This document shows, in pieces, positions 48,794 to 58,034 of a DNA stretch of 64,000 nt. Numbering within the stretch: position 1 is the first letter of the stretch; the number at the start of each line of letters is the position of its first letter. Below the pieces are notes generated by a model, which was given only the letters and a program-made list of their open reading frames with translations, was not told the DNA's origin and ran no database searches. Source of the stretch: Ktedonospora formicarum (GTDB taxonomy: Bacteria; Chloroflexota; Ktedonobacteria; Ktedonobacterales; Ktedonobacteraceae); contig NZ_BNJF01000001.1 of NCBI RefSeq assembly GCF_016587355.1, positions 3,189,721 through 3,253,720 of the forward strand. Direction: 5' to 3'. A program made the position numbers and the translations under genes.

Positions 48794-50056
48794 CTAGCCT
48801 CGTAAACGCTCTAAGACGGGTGGTTGGCGTAATTTTGCAAGCGCACCCGCTTCGATCTGGCGGACGCGTTCGCGCGTAATACCGAGTTCGCGGCCAACCT
48901 GTTCTAGAGGATGGGCCTGACCGTTTCCCAGCCCGAAGCGCAACTGAAGTACGAGCTGCTCGCGCGGGGTTAACACTGACGCAAGTACGCGCTGTACCTC
49001 ATCTTTGAGTGTCTGGGTTGTCGCCAGTTCTTCTGGTGATGCCGAATCGGTGTCGGGAAGCACATCACCTAATTCCTGATCATCATCTTCACCCACAGGA
49101 AGTTCCAGCGAGACAGGAGCGCCAGGAGCGGCCTGTAGCTCAATCATGCGCACGGGATCAAGCCCAGTAGCCTCGGCCAATTCTTGTTCACTGGGTTCGC
49201 GTCCAAGCTCTTGTAGAAGGCGCTGACGTTCACGGCGAATACGGTTGAGGGCTGTATTCACATAGACTGGCAGGCGAATGGTGCGCCCTTTGTCTGCGAC
49301 GGCGCGGCTGATGGCCTGGCGAATCCACCATGTCGCGTGTGTAGAGAAGCGGTGCCCACGACGCCAATCATAGCGCTGTACAGCGCGGATGAGACCAATA
49401 TTGCCTTCTTGAATAAGATCCAGCAGGGTCAGTCCGCGTCCGACATAGCGTTTCGCGATGCTGACGACCAGGCGTAGGTTCGCGAGAATGAATTGCTTCA
49501 TCGCGTCACGATCTCCCGCCTCGATATGCTGAGCCAATTCCACCTCACGCTCATGCGTAATCATGGGGACGCGTCCAATTTCTCGCAGATATGTCATAAC
49601 CGCATCAGATTCGCCTGCATCGGCCCCATTAACGACATTCTCTTCCTGATCTTCAGAGCGACGGCGGCGATTTGCGGGACGGCGCGTAGCAGGCTGAGCG
49701 GTAGTTGACGTGATTGTGGGAAGTGTGAGAAGAGTCTCGTCAATATCTGCGGCATGAGAATCCAGGTGCTCTTCATCCACCCCTTCTTCATCATGAAGAT
49801 CTTCAACAAGTGCTGAATCGTCATCTAAATCGAGAGGCGCAGTGTCTGAAAGATCGTGGTCTAAATCCAGATGATCCTCGCTCAATTCTGCGTCTTCGTT
49901 TGTCTCTTCTCTCCCCGCTTCCACTGGTGTATGTGGAAGATTCTTGGTAAGCAATTGTTCAACGATGGTATCGTAGGATTGCTTCTCCGAATCTGATTTT
50001 TTGCGAGATGTATTACCAAGCGTATTTCCCGTCATGGCACGCTTTACGTCTATCAT
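48794..50056 (-). CDS. sigA: RNA polymerase sigma-70 family factor (group 1/2, SigA-like) with a long acidic N-terminal region.
   Basis: Region 2 ...LIQEGNIGLIRAVQRYDWRRGHRFSTHATWWIRQAISRAVADKGRTIRLP. Region 4.2 LTPREQLVLQLRFGL...LEQVGRELGITRERVRQIEAGALAKLR. The N-terminal D/E-rich ~170 aa is like region 1.1. Confidence 0.85.
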   Translation of the reverse strand: MIDVKRAMTGNTLGNTSRKKSDSEKQSYDTIVEQLLTKNLPHTPVEAGREETNEDAELSEDHLDLDHDLSDTAPLDLDDDSALVEDLHDEEGVDEEHLDSHAADIDETLLTLPTITSTTAQPATRRPANRRRRSEDQEENVVNGADAGESDAVMTYLREIGRVPMITHEREVELAQHIEAGDRDAMKQFILANLRLVVSIAKRYVGRGLTLLDLIQEGNIGLIRAVQRYDWRRGHRFSTHATWWIRQAISRAVADKGRTIRLPVYVNTALNRIRRERQRLLQELGREPSEQELAEATGLDPVRMIELQAAPGAPVSLELPVGEDDDQELGDVLPDTDSASPEELATTQTLKDEVQRVLASVLTPREQLVLQLRFGLGNGQAHPLEQVGRELGITRERVRQIEAGALAKLRQPPVLERLRG

Positions 50057-50280
50057 TGTGCGCCCTCCATGAAAAAATGGTATATCCTAAGCAGCAAGAT
50101 ATATTTCATCGGTTTGGTCCTACACTCAGGAAAGCGAGCCTTCATCGGACCAAGGAGTCCGTCGTACGCCGAGTGGGAGGAATTCAATGATGTGTACCCT
50201 ATCTACTAGATAGCAACAAAGCCAGGTCGGAAATTATTCCTAAACCAATTATAACCTATGGCCCCCTTTCATTCTAGTCC

Positions 50281-51072
50281 TTATGACTCATTTTTTCGCC
50301 AAAGGCTGGCAAAACTGTACAAACTCGTATAAAATTTGTCTTTTTTATGTATACGTTTGACACCCCTGGAAAGTGCCAGAATGAGTCCGGACACTCTCCT
50401 ATTCTTAGGTTTTAGGTGAGAGCTAACATTGCTCTCACGCCCGGATTTTTCGGGTAAGAGAGCATAACGCTGCAATAATTTGCGTCCAAGAGAAAGCGCA
50501 AATAGTGAAATTATGCCTCCAATAATGATGAGTGAAGAGGTGGTAAGAAGTTGAGCCCCATACTGCCAGTTTGCACCAAGAAAGAAGCCTAGCATAAGGG
50601 GAAGTAATGCTCCAATGGTTTCACCAACAATATCAAGCAAGAGAAAGCGCGGAAAGGGATAGAATTCCAGCCCCGCGAGCAAATTCACCGGGCCGCCAAA
50701 GCCTGAGGCAAGGAAGCGCGAGAGAAAGATTGCCCAGTCACCATGCCGTCGGAAGTAGTTATGAGAGCGTTTCAAGGTCCGCTGGGAGAGAAAACGATTA
50801 TGTGGGTGCTTTTGGATCCATCGAGAAAGTGAGAGTCCGCAGCAACGCCCGAGCCAGTATCCTACGCTATCGCCACATACTGAGGCGCTAACAATGACAA
50901 GTGTCAAGCTGAAGAGATTAAAGCGCTCAAGTGCCGCGAGTGTGCCAGCCACTATCACAATGAGGCTAATTGGAAGCGGTAAGCCGATGGCGGCGACGAA
51001 GACTACAAGCCACAAAGCAGGATAGCCGAACTGCTGAAGCCAGAGTAGGAGTGTTGGGAGCAACTCTTGCAA
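50281..51072 (-). CDS. DedA/SNARE-associated (VTT-domain) family membrane protein.
   Basis: ...FGYPALWLVVFVAAIGLPLP..., F.G.GR..LS.. style reentrant-loop motifs, and a basic C-terminal extension. Confidence 0.7.
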   Translation of the reverse strand: MQELLPTLLLWLQQFGYPALWLVVFVAAIGLPLPISLIVIVAGTLAALERFNLFSLTLVIVSASVCGDSVGYWLGRCCGLSLSRWIQKHPHNRFLSQRTLKRSHNYFRRHGDWAIFLSRFLASGFGGPVNLLAGLEFYPFPRFLLLDIVGETIGALLPLMLGFFLGANWQYGAQLLTTSSLIIIGGIISLFALSLGRKLLQRYALLPEKSGRESNVSSHLKPKNRRVSGLILALSRGVKRIHKKDKFYTSLYSFASLWRKNES

Positions 51073-51408
51073 GGTTCTGAATCCCTTCTGCTGTCGCCGA
51101 TATCTGGCACTTGAGATTGTGTCATCTTAGTATGCCCAACATATGAGCCAGGCTGTCAACTAGAACGTATAGGTGACCTCTCTTGATACAGTGATGTTAT
51201 CGATGTTGCCTATGCGCGGGATGAGAGGCGTGTAAATTTGTTACGCTTTATGTTGAATATACCACATATCTATTATGCTTGTGTTTCAGTATTGCTCACA
51301 GGCAAGATATTGCGATTTCACACCTGCGCGCTGTGGGGAATAGGAAAATCTTGAGTATAGAGAGCATTTTGTTGACGCCAACACTCCGAATTCTCTAGAA
51401 TAGGCCTC

Positions 51409-51861
51409 ATGAATATCACTACTAATACACCAATAACAGTCGCTATCAAGCGTATAGATACAACGCTTCCGCTGCCAGGCCATGCGACGGGAGGATCGGT
51501 TGGCTTTGATCTGGTGTGCCGCGAGACGGTCACCATAGAGCCGCGAGAATTGGGACGCGTGCCCGGAAATGTCATTGTACAGACGCCGCCGGGATACATG
51601 CTAATGCTAACTATGCGGAGCAGCACCGCGAAACGCAAGGGGTTGCTCATGCCGAATGGAGTCGGGATTATTGATCAGGATTACAGCGGCGAGGGCGATG
51701 AAATTCTGATCTCAGTATATAACTTCCGCGATGAGCCTGTTACAGTGGAACGCGGCGAGCGGATTGCGCAAGGCATCTTTGTTCCCATTGCTCAAGTAGC
51801 CTGGAATGAGGTTGACGAAATGGGCCAAACGAGAGGAGGCTTTGGCAGTACCGGCCACTAA
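51409..51861 (+). CDS. dut: dUTP diphosphatase.
   Basis: Motifs ATGGSVGFDL, GLLMPNGVGIIDQDYSGE, RIAQ, and the C-terminal motif V GGFGSTG. Confidence 0.9.
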   Translation: MNITTNTPITVAIKRIDTTLPLPGHATGGSVGFDLVCRETVTIEPRELGRVPGNVIVQTPPGYMLMLTMRSSTAKRKGLLMPNGVGIIDQDYSGEGDEILISVYNFRDEPVTVERGERIAQGIFVPIAQVAWNEVDEMGQTRGGFGSTGH

Positions 51862-51913
51862 GCCTGCGAGCATATCTGGTAATTTGCTGTGGTCTATGCT
51901 ACGATACTACTAC

Positions 51914-51983
51914 GGTCTTATACGAAAACCAATGTCGCCTGAACGGCGGCTAGCACTGCCGCGCTCAGATTTTCGGATATAGA
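51914..51983. repeat. Dispersed palindromic repeat family, canonical copy between dut and the J-domain gene.
   Basis: ggtcttatacgaaaacc...cggcggctagcactgccgcgctcagattttcggatat. Confidence 0.7.
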
Positions 51984-52036
51984 GTACGTTAAAAGGCTCT
52001 GTTAGCTTTCACTTGTTGCATTGAGGCACAGCATAC

Positions 52037-52375
52037 ATGCCAATAAAAAACTACTATACCATCCTGGGCGTTCCGCAGAACGCGACGCCGGAGCATATTA
52101 AGAAGATGTATCGTAAGCAGGTCCGCCAGTATCACCCAGACCTGCATCATGGAGCTCCAGACGCTCGCATCAAGCTGCTGAACGAGGCTTATGGCGTCTT
52201 AAGCAATTACCAGAAGCGCGCTATGTATGATATTCAACTTCTGGAAGAGATACGTGATCTGCGTATTCTGGAAACGATTCGCGAACATCATCTTGCGCGT
52301 AAACAGAGAATGACCTGGGCTCAGGGTATGGTTGGCTTTGTGCGTGAGCTCAAAAAAGAGATGCGCGGCTCATAG
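52037..52375 (+). CDS. J-domain (DnaJ N-terminal domain) protein, small, with no zinc-finger or substrate-binding domains.
   Basis: YYTILGVPQNATPEHIKKMYRKQVRQYHPDL...AYGVLSNYQKRAMYD, including the HPD motif. Confidence 0.8.
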   Translation: MPIKNYYTILGVPQNATPEHIKKMYRKQVRQYHPDLHHGAPDARIKLLNEAYGVLSNYQKRAMYDIQLLEEIRDLRILETIREHHLARKQRMTWAQGMVGFVRELKKEMRGS

Positions 52376-52409
52376 AGCTAGCGCATCTCTTTTTATTTGA
52401 GTACGTGTC

Positions 52410-53711
52410 TTAGCTATTCGCCATGATGGCTTCAATTTCCTCAATCGTTTTGGGGGCGTTGCCTGTAGTGATCTCGCAGCCCTCCTCTGTGACGATTACA
52501 TTATCCTCAATACGGATGCCTATACCACGATAGCGTGGGTCCACATTTTCCGCGTTCTCTGGGATATACAGGCCTGGTTCAATCGTAAAGACCATACCGG
52601 GTACCAGCGTCGCGCTCCGACCCTTGGGAGTGACACGATAGGGGCCACGATCATGCACATCCAGACCGAGCCAGTGGCAGGTACCATGCATATAGAATTG
52701 GCGGTAGCTCTTCTCCTCGATATTCTTATGCACGTCTCCTTGGAGAATGCCAAGCGCTACCAGTCCCGATGTAAGGACTTCCACAGCCGTATTATGAATG
52801 TCCGCCAGGTCCCTGCCCGGAGCAGTGGCTGCGATACATGCCTCCTCCGCCTCAAGTACAATCTCGTATAAGGCTCGCTGTTCAGGCGTGAAGCGCCCAT
52901 TGATGGGATAGGTGCGGGTGATATCCGCGCTATAGTACTGGTAGTCCGCGCCTGAGTCGATGAGGAGCAGTTCGCCATCGCGCATCTGGCGGTTATTCTG
53001 GTCATAGTGGAGAATGGTCGCGTTAGGACCAGAGCCGACGATGGGCGAGTAGCCATGGCGCATGCTGCCATGCTTGAGATAGCCATAGTCAAGCACGGCC
53101 TGGATCTCATATTCATACATGCCTGGCTTGAGCGCTTTCAGCACCTCACGATAGGCATTGCCGCTGATCTGAGCCGCTTTACGCATAGTTTCTAGCTCGT
53201 CCGCATCTTTGATGGCGCGTAGCTCATTAAGAATGGAGCCAGGGTCGACCAGTTGGCGTGGACCTCTACCCATCGCACTGCGGAAGCGATTAATGAATGT
53301 TAGCATCTCTTCGTCGAAGGCATGCTCCTTGCCACTATTATAGTAGAGCGTCTCACAGCCTTTCAGATAATCAGGCAGTTTCTCGTCAAGCTGGTCCAGC
53401 GTATAGGCTGCGTCTGCTCCATAGGTCTCGATAGCCCCTTCAACGCCTGCACGTCTGCCTGTCCAGGTCTCCTGCTGGGGGTCACGTGGACGTACAAAGA
53501 GAATGAAGTGGTGTTCGGGATGTTCAGGGGCAAGAACACAGATCGTCTCTGGCTCAGTAAAGCCGGTCAGGTAATAGAAGTCACTATCCTGCCGGTAGCT
53601 GATCTCGATATTATGACCGCCGCTGCGCAGGAATTCGGGTGCGCTCCGGAAGATGGCGACGCCACCTTGCATTTTCTCCATGAACGCCTGGCGTTTGGTT
53701 GCATGTGACAT
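52410..53711 (-). CDS. pepP: Xaa-Pro aminopeptidase (M24B family).
   Basis: N-terminal creatinase-like domain plus pita-bread metal ligands (DSGADYQYYSADITRT, HGTCHWLGLDVHD, TIEPGLY, IRIED). Confidence 0.9.
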   Translation of the reverse strand: MSHATKRQAFMEKMQGGVAIFRSAPEFLRSGGHNIEISYRQDSDFYYLTGFTEPETICVLAPEHPEHHFILFVRPRDPQQETWTGRRAGVEGAIETYGADAAYTLDQLDEKLPDYLKGCETLYYNSGKEHAFDEEMLTFINRFRSAMGRGPRQLVDPGSILNELRAIKDADELETMRKAAQISGNAYREVLKALKPGMYEYEIQAVLDYGYLKHGSMRHGYSPIVGSGPNATILHYDQNNRQMRDGELLLIDSGADYQYYSADITRTYPINGRFTPEQRALYEIVLEAEEACIAATAPGRDLADIHNTAVEVLTSGLVALGILQGDVHKNIEEKSYRQFYMHGTCHWLGLDVHDRGPYRVTPKGRSATLVPGMVFTIEPGLYIPENAENVDPRYRGIGIRIEDNVIVTEEGCEITTGNAPKTIEEIEAIMANS

Positions 53712-53788
53712 TGATTGACCTCCAGATGATATGAAATATCTACTCTTGCTCGATGGACAGGTGTGAATGCGTTGGAACTGATGACCAG

Positions 53789-54598
53789 TTAGTCAACACC
53801 CCAGGTCTTTCCATTAGGGCCTGCGGTCAGGATTTGTGGGCCCTTCCGTGTGAGTGCGATGGTATGCTCAAAGTGTGCACTGGGTGCGCCATCACTGGTG
53901 ACTAGCGTCCAATGGTCGGAGAGCTGACGGAAATCTGAGCGCTCGTAGCTGACCATTGGCTCTATTGCGATGACGAGACCGGGTTGTAGCATGAAATCCT
54001 GATTGATCTGGAACTGGCGAGTATAGTAATTGGGGACCTGGGGTGGCTCCCACATGTTTTTTCCAATGCCATGGCCTACCAGTCCTTCAATGACAACAAA
54101 ACCAGCCTTCTCTACATATTCTTGCATTTTGCGTGCGACCTGGCTCCACATACGGCACTTTGGAATCTGTTCAATAGCAAGGCGTAGCGCTCCCTCTGTT
54201 ACCTCAAGCAATTGCTGAGCGCGCGTGCTTATATTCCCTACTGCGTATGTTCTTGCGGCATCGCCGCACCAGTCATTAAGCTTCGCACCGATGTCAACAC
54301 TTACGATATCGCCTTCACAGAGCCTGCGCTCGCCTGGGATACCATGTACGATCTGCTCATTTACGGATATACAGCTAGAGGCAGGGAAAGGGACTTTTCC
54401 AGGTACGCCTTTAAAGAGAGCCGACGCCTGCTGATCCAGAATACATTGTTCAATGGCCGCATTAATCTCGGCTGTTGATACGCCAGGCTTGATGAACTCG
54501 GCGGCAGCCTGGTGCGCATTCCATACTACAAGCCCTGCCTTGCGCATCGCGGCAATATCTTTCTCACTTTTTAAAGTATAGTCCATTGGATGCTCCAT
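53789..54598 (-). CDS. map: Methionine aminopeptidase, type I.
   Basis: CISVNEQIVHGIP, DIVSVDIG, GHGIG, IAIEPM, and FEHT as the C-terminal ligand. Confidence 0.9.
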   Translation of the reverse strand: MEHPMDYTLKSEKDIAAMRKAGLVVWNAHQAAAEFIKPGVSTAEINAAIEQCILDQQASALFKGVPGKVPFPASSCISVNEQIVHGIPGERRLCEGDIVSVDIGAKLNDWCGDAARTYAVGNISTRAQQLLEVTEGALRLAIEQIPKCRMWSQVARKMQEYVEKAGFVVIEGLVGHGIGKNMWEPPQVPNYYTRQFQINQDFMLQPGLVIAIEPMVSYERSDFRQLSDHWTLVTSDGAPSAHFEHTIALTRKGPQILTAGPNGKTWGVD

Positions 54599-55021
54599 GA
54601 CTTCTCTGTGCCAGAGGCGCTTTGTAAGGGAAGGGGTGTAGCGTGGACAGGCTCATCAAATGCGCCTGCCCACGCTACACCCCTTCCCCTGAAGCATTAG
54701 AATAATTCTTCAGTACCTCTGGCTGCGCCTATATCTCATGATTCCTTGTGAAGCACCTCGGGCCTTGGGTAGTCTCTGACCTGAAGTTGTATGTATTGGA
54801 GATATATTAGAAACTATCATAAACCACATCTGGCGAAGTTGCAAATAGCGAGCAGGCTTATCTTCGAGTACATTCAAAGATCAGAAATATATTATATTGA
54901 GAATGGATGCTATGGGTTTACTGTGCCAGCTTGGTTGGGAGCCGAAATCAATAGAAATAGACCTGTTTTTGTCACCTATACAATAGCTGTAGTGAGTTTT
55001 ATCTTCTTTTAAGTATGTAGA

Positions 55022-55830
55022 ATGGTGGAGAGCATAATGACCGCTTTAGTCAAAAAGAAAGTAATACTTACAGCTTTCAGCTCGATAATCGCGATGCTGC
55101 TCTGGCTGAGTAACATATCTCCTGCGCTTGCTTCTTCAAAGCACGCGTTAGCTGCTTCCACTCCAAAGAGGCACCATCGCTCGCTGCCAAGTCTTCTGAT
55201 AAAGGGTATGAGGATTACAGGTGTAATCCCAGAACAAGGTATTCTTTCAATTGTGGTGACGCACAGATCAATAATCAGTACAATCAGGGAGGCGTGAGCA
55301 ACAATAGTAGCGACATTTATATAGGGAGCAATCAGGGCAACAGTGGCAACCAGGGGAACAACTGGGGGAACAATCAGGATAATGATAGCAATAGTGGCAA
55401 TCAGGTGAACAATCAGAGCTATTCCGTGGGTACCCAGGTCAATAATCAATATAACCAGTCTACTCAGGGAGGCTATAGCAACAACAGTAGTGACATTTAT
55501 TGGGGGAATGATCAAGGTAACAGTGGCAACCATGGATATAATGCAGGGCTCAATCAGGATAATTCGAGCAACAGTGGCAATCAGGTGAACAATCAGGGAA
55601 ACACGATTGGAGCCCAGTTGAATGCCCAAGGAAGCAAGGTAAACAATAAGGGGAGCGCCATTGGTTATCAGGAAAATCACAACACGTATACACTCTTACC
55701 TGCTCTTCTTCAAGGTAGCAACGTGAATACTGATGGGACCACGGTTAACGAGCAGGAAAATCACAACACATATAAGCTGCTACCTAACCTTCCTCTTTTG
55801 GAGCTAACAACACACTCTAAAAAAAGGTAG
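55022..55830 (+). CDS. Secreted Asn/Gly/Gln/Ser-rich repeat protein, apparently split by a frameshift between a signal-peptide ORF and the repeat body.
   Basis: ORF 55022..55297 encodes a canonical signal peptide (MTALVKKKVILTAFSSIIAMLLWLSNISPALA). The repeat ORF is open in another frame from about 55114 to 55830 with no ATG/GTG/TTG before 55294. It holds two ~55-aa repeats (SNNSSDIY.G.NQGNSGN...NSGNQVNNQ). The long minus-strand ORF 55009..55680 is the antisense artefact of these codons. Confidence 0.45.
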
Positions 55831-56252
55831 CTGGGCTAATGAGCTGTAAACCAGCGTAGAAATCATGCTAAAATTCCACAAACAAAGCACAAATAAACCG
55901 ATAGCTGACAGAATCAGCTGTCGGTTTAGGTATTAAGAAGCTCAACTATTGGTTGCTATTTCCCGAAGTGATGACCTATTTCTTCAGCAGCCTCTAAATT
56001 AGCGGATTAAAAAATAAGAATTAATATTTCCATTTGGATTATCTTCACAGGCTCATTTTTATACCAAAAATAGAGTAAGGTATCAAAAAAATTTTTTAAT
56101 CCATGTAAAACAAGTTCAAGAGCAAAATTAAAAACTTTGAAAAATGATATGATATTTATTGCTATGAGCGTAAAGGCATTCATCTGTGCATGCTTTGCTC
56201 CAAAATTGCTAATGCGGTCCTCTCAAGTATATTAGAAGAAAGCAGGCTTTCA

Positions 56253-57917
56253 ATGGCGCAGGCAAGAGCTGCAAATATGCAGAATTATGAGGATGAGCGG
56301 CGCGACTTCCAGCTAGACGTGCCAGAGTATTTCAACTTCACGACCGACGTAATTGGGAAGTGGGCTCGTGATCGCGACAAGCTCGCTATGTTATGGTTGG
56401 GGCCGGGAGGTGAGGAAAGGCGGCTTACCTTCGCGCATTTTTCTGAGCGCTCCAGCAGAGCCGCGAATGCCTTTGCTGGACTTGGTATTGGTAAGGGCGA
56501 TACTGTTCTGGTGATGTTGCCACGTATCCCTGAGTGGTGGGAATGCGTTCTGGGGCTCACAAAACTGGGTGCGATCTTTATTCCCTCAACTACGCTCCTG
56601 ACACCAAAGGATATCCAGTTTCGCGTAGAGATCGCGAGTGTGAAAACTATCATTACTGATGACGAGGGTGCTGCCAAGTTTGAGCAGATCCGTTCGCACT
56701 GCCCCACTATCAAGCAAGCGATCCTGGTTGGTAATCGTCAGGCCGAAGAAGGGTGGTGCAACTATGAGCGTCTTGTAACTGAGGCTTCACCCGAGTTTAC
56801 AGGACCAAAGACGCGTAGCGACGATCCCTGCCTGGTTTATTTTACTTCTGGCACCGTTGGCAATCCCAAGATGGTGCTACATACACAGGCAAGTTGCCCC
56901 ATTGGGCATACGATTACAGGCAAATACTGGCTGGACCTGAATGAGAATGACCTTCATTTGAATCTGACGGAGAATGGATGGGCGAAGGCCGCCTGGTCCT
57001 CACTCTATGGCCCCTGGAGCATGGGTGCGGCCCTCTTCGTGCAGGATGCGCGTGGTAAGTTCAATGCCCTTGAGATTCTTGAATTGCTCCATACTTATCC
57101 AATTACAACCTTCTGCGCGGCTCCTACGGCCTATCGTATGCTGGTGCTTGAAGAGCCACTGGCTTATTTGCAGACCCATCCCCCAAAGGCGCTACGGCAT
57201 TGTGTGGGCGCGGGTGAGCCACTGAATCCGGAGGTAATTCGCATCTGGGAGGAAAAGACAGGATTGACCATACGCGATGGCTATGGACAGACTGAGACGG
57301 TATTGCTCTGTGGCAATTTCCCACCTCTTCCAGTCAAGCCGGGTTCGATGGGTAAGCCCTCGCCTGGTTTTGATGTTAGTGTGATTGATCACGATGGCAA
57401 TGAGTTGCCACCCAATAAAGAGGGGGACATTGCTGTTCGTATCAAGCCAGAGCGACCTACCTGGATGTTTCGCGAGTACTGGCAAAACCCGGAGGCTACA
57501 CAGGCTAGCCTGCGCGGAGATTGGTATATCACAGGTGACCGAGCTTATAAAGACGATGATGGCTACTTCTGGTTTGTCGGCAGGGCTGACGATGTGATCA
57601 TTACGGCGGGTTATCGCGTAGGTCCCTTTGAGGTTGAGAGTGCGTTGAAAGAGCATCCAGCGGTAGCCGAATCTGCCGTAGTTGCTAGCCCCAATGAGAT
57701 GCGCGGTGAAGTTGTCAAAGCCTTTGTCGTCCTTGCGCCAGGCCATCAGGCATCGGATACACTAGCACATGAGTTGCAGGAGCATGTCAAGCGCGTGACG
57801 GCTCCCTACAAATATCCACGGGAGGTTGCATTTGTCGAGACACTGCCAAAGACGATCTCAGGTAAGATCAGGCGTGTCGAATTGCGTGAAGCCGAGCGCC
57901 AGAAGAAAGCCTGGTAG
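56253..57917 (+). CDS. AMP-dependent acyl-CoA synthetase/ligase (medium-chain acyl-CoA synthetase-like).
   Basis: AMP-binding motifs YFTSGTVGNPKMV, GYGQTE, DWYITGDRAYKDDDGYFWFVGRADDVI, ISGKIRR. The start is at ATG 56253 (MAQARAANM). Confidence 0.85.
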   Translation: MAQARAANMQNYEDERRDFQLDVPEYFNFTTDVIGKWARDRDKLAMLWLGPGGEERRLTFAHFSERSSRAANAFAGLGIGKGDTVLVMLPRIPEWWECVLGLTKLGAIFIPSTTLLTPKDIQFRVEIASVKTIITDDEGAAKFEQIRSHCPTIKQAILVGNRQAEEGWCNYERLVTEASPEFTGPKTRSDDPCLVYFTSGTVGNPKMVLHTQASCPIGHTITGKYWLDLNENDLHLNLTENGWAKAAWSSLYGPWSMGAALFVQDARGKFNALEILELLHTYPITTFCAAPTAYRMLVLEEPLAYLQTHPPKALRHCVGAGEPLNPEVIRIWEEKTGLTIRDGYGQTETVLLCGNFPPLPVKPGSMGKPSPGFDVSVIDHDGNELPPNKEGDIAVRIKPERPTWMFREYWQNPEATQASLRGDWYITGDRAYKDDDGYFWFVGRADDVIITAGYRVGPFEVESALKEHPAVAESAVVASPNEMRGEVVKAFVVLAPGHQASDTLAHELQEHVKRVTAPYKYPREVAFVETLPKTISGKIRRVELREAERQKKAW

Positions 57918-57930
57918 ATATTGACAGATA

Positions 57931-57985
57931 AAGTGCGAGGGTAGGGGCAGTTATCAGCTGCCCCTACCCTCGCACTTTGTTTTAT
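57931..57985 (+). terminator. Strong intrinsic terminator of the acyl-CoA synthetase gene.
   Basis: 20-bp perfect stem aagtgcgagggtaggggcag / ctgcccctaccctcgcactt with a 7-nt loop, followed by TGTTTTAT, 14 nt after the stop. Confidence 0.8.
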
Positions 57986-58034
57986 GAAGGAACGAGTGAT
58001 ATAGTACTGTTCTACTAGTATTGCATAACTACGG

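Noticed and set aside
55009-55680. 223-aa minus-strand ORF predicted as a very hydrophobic membrane protein.
   Set aside because: It is the antisense reading of the Asn/Gln/Gly-rich repeats (AAT/AAC/CAG codons read backwards give Ile/Val/Leu). It has an internally repetitive composition, no Shine-Dalgarno, and the sense strand carries a signal peptide plus a coherent repeat protein.
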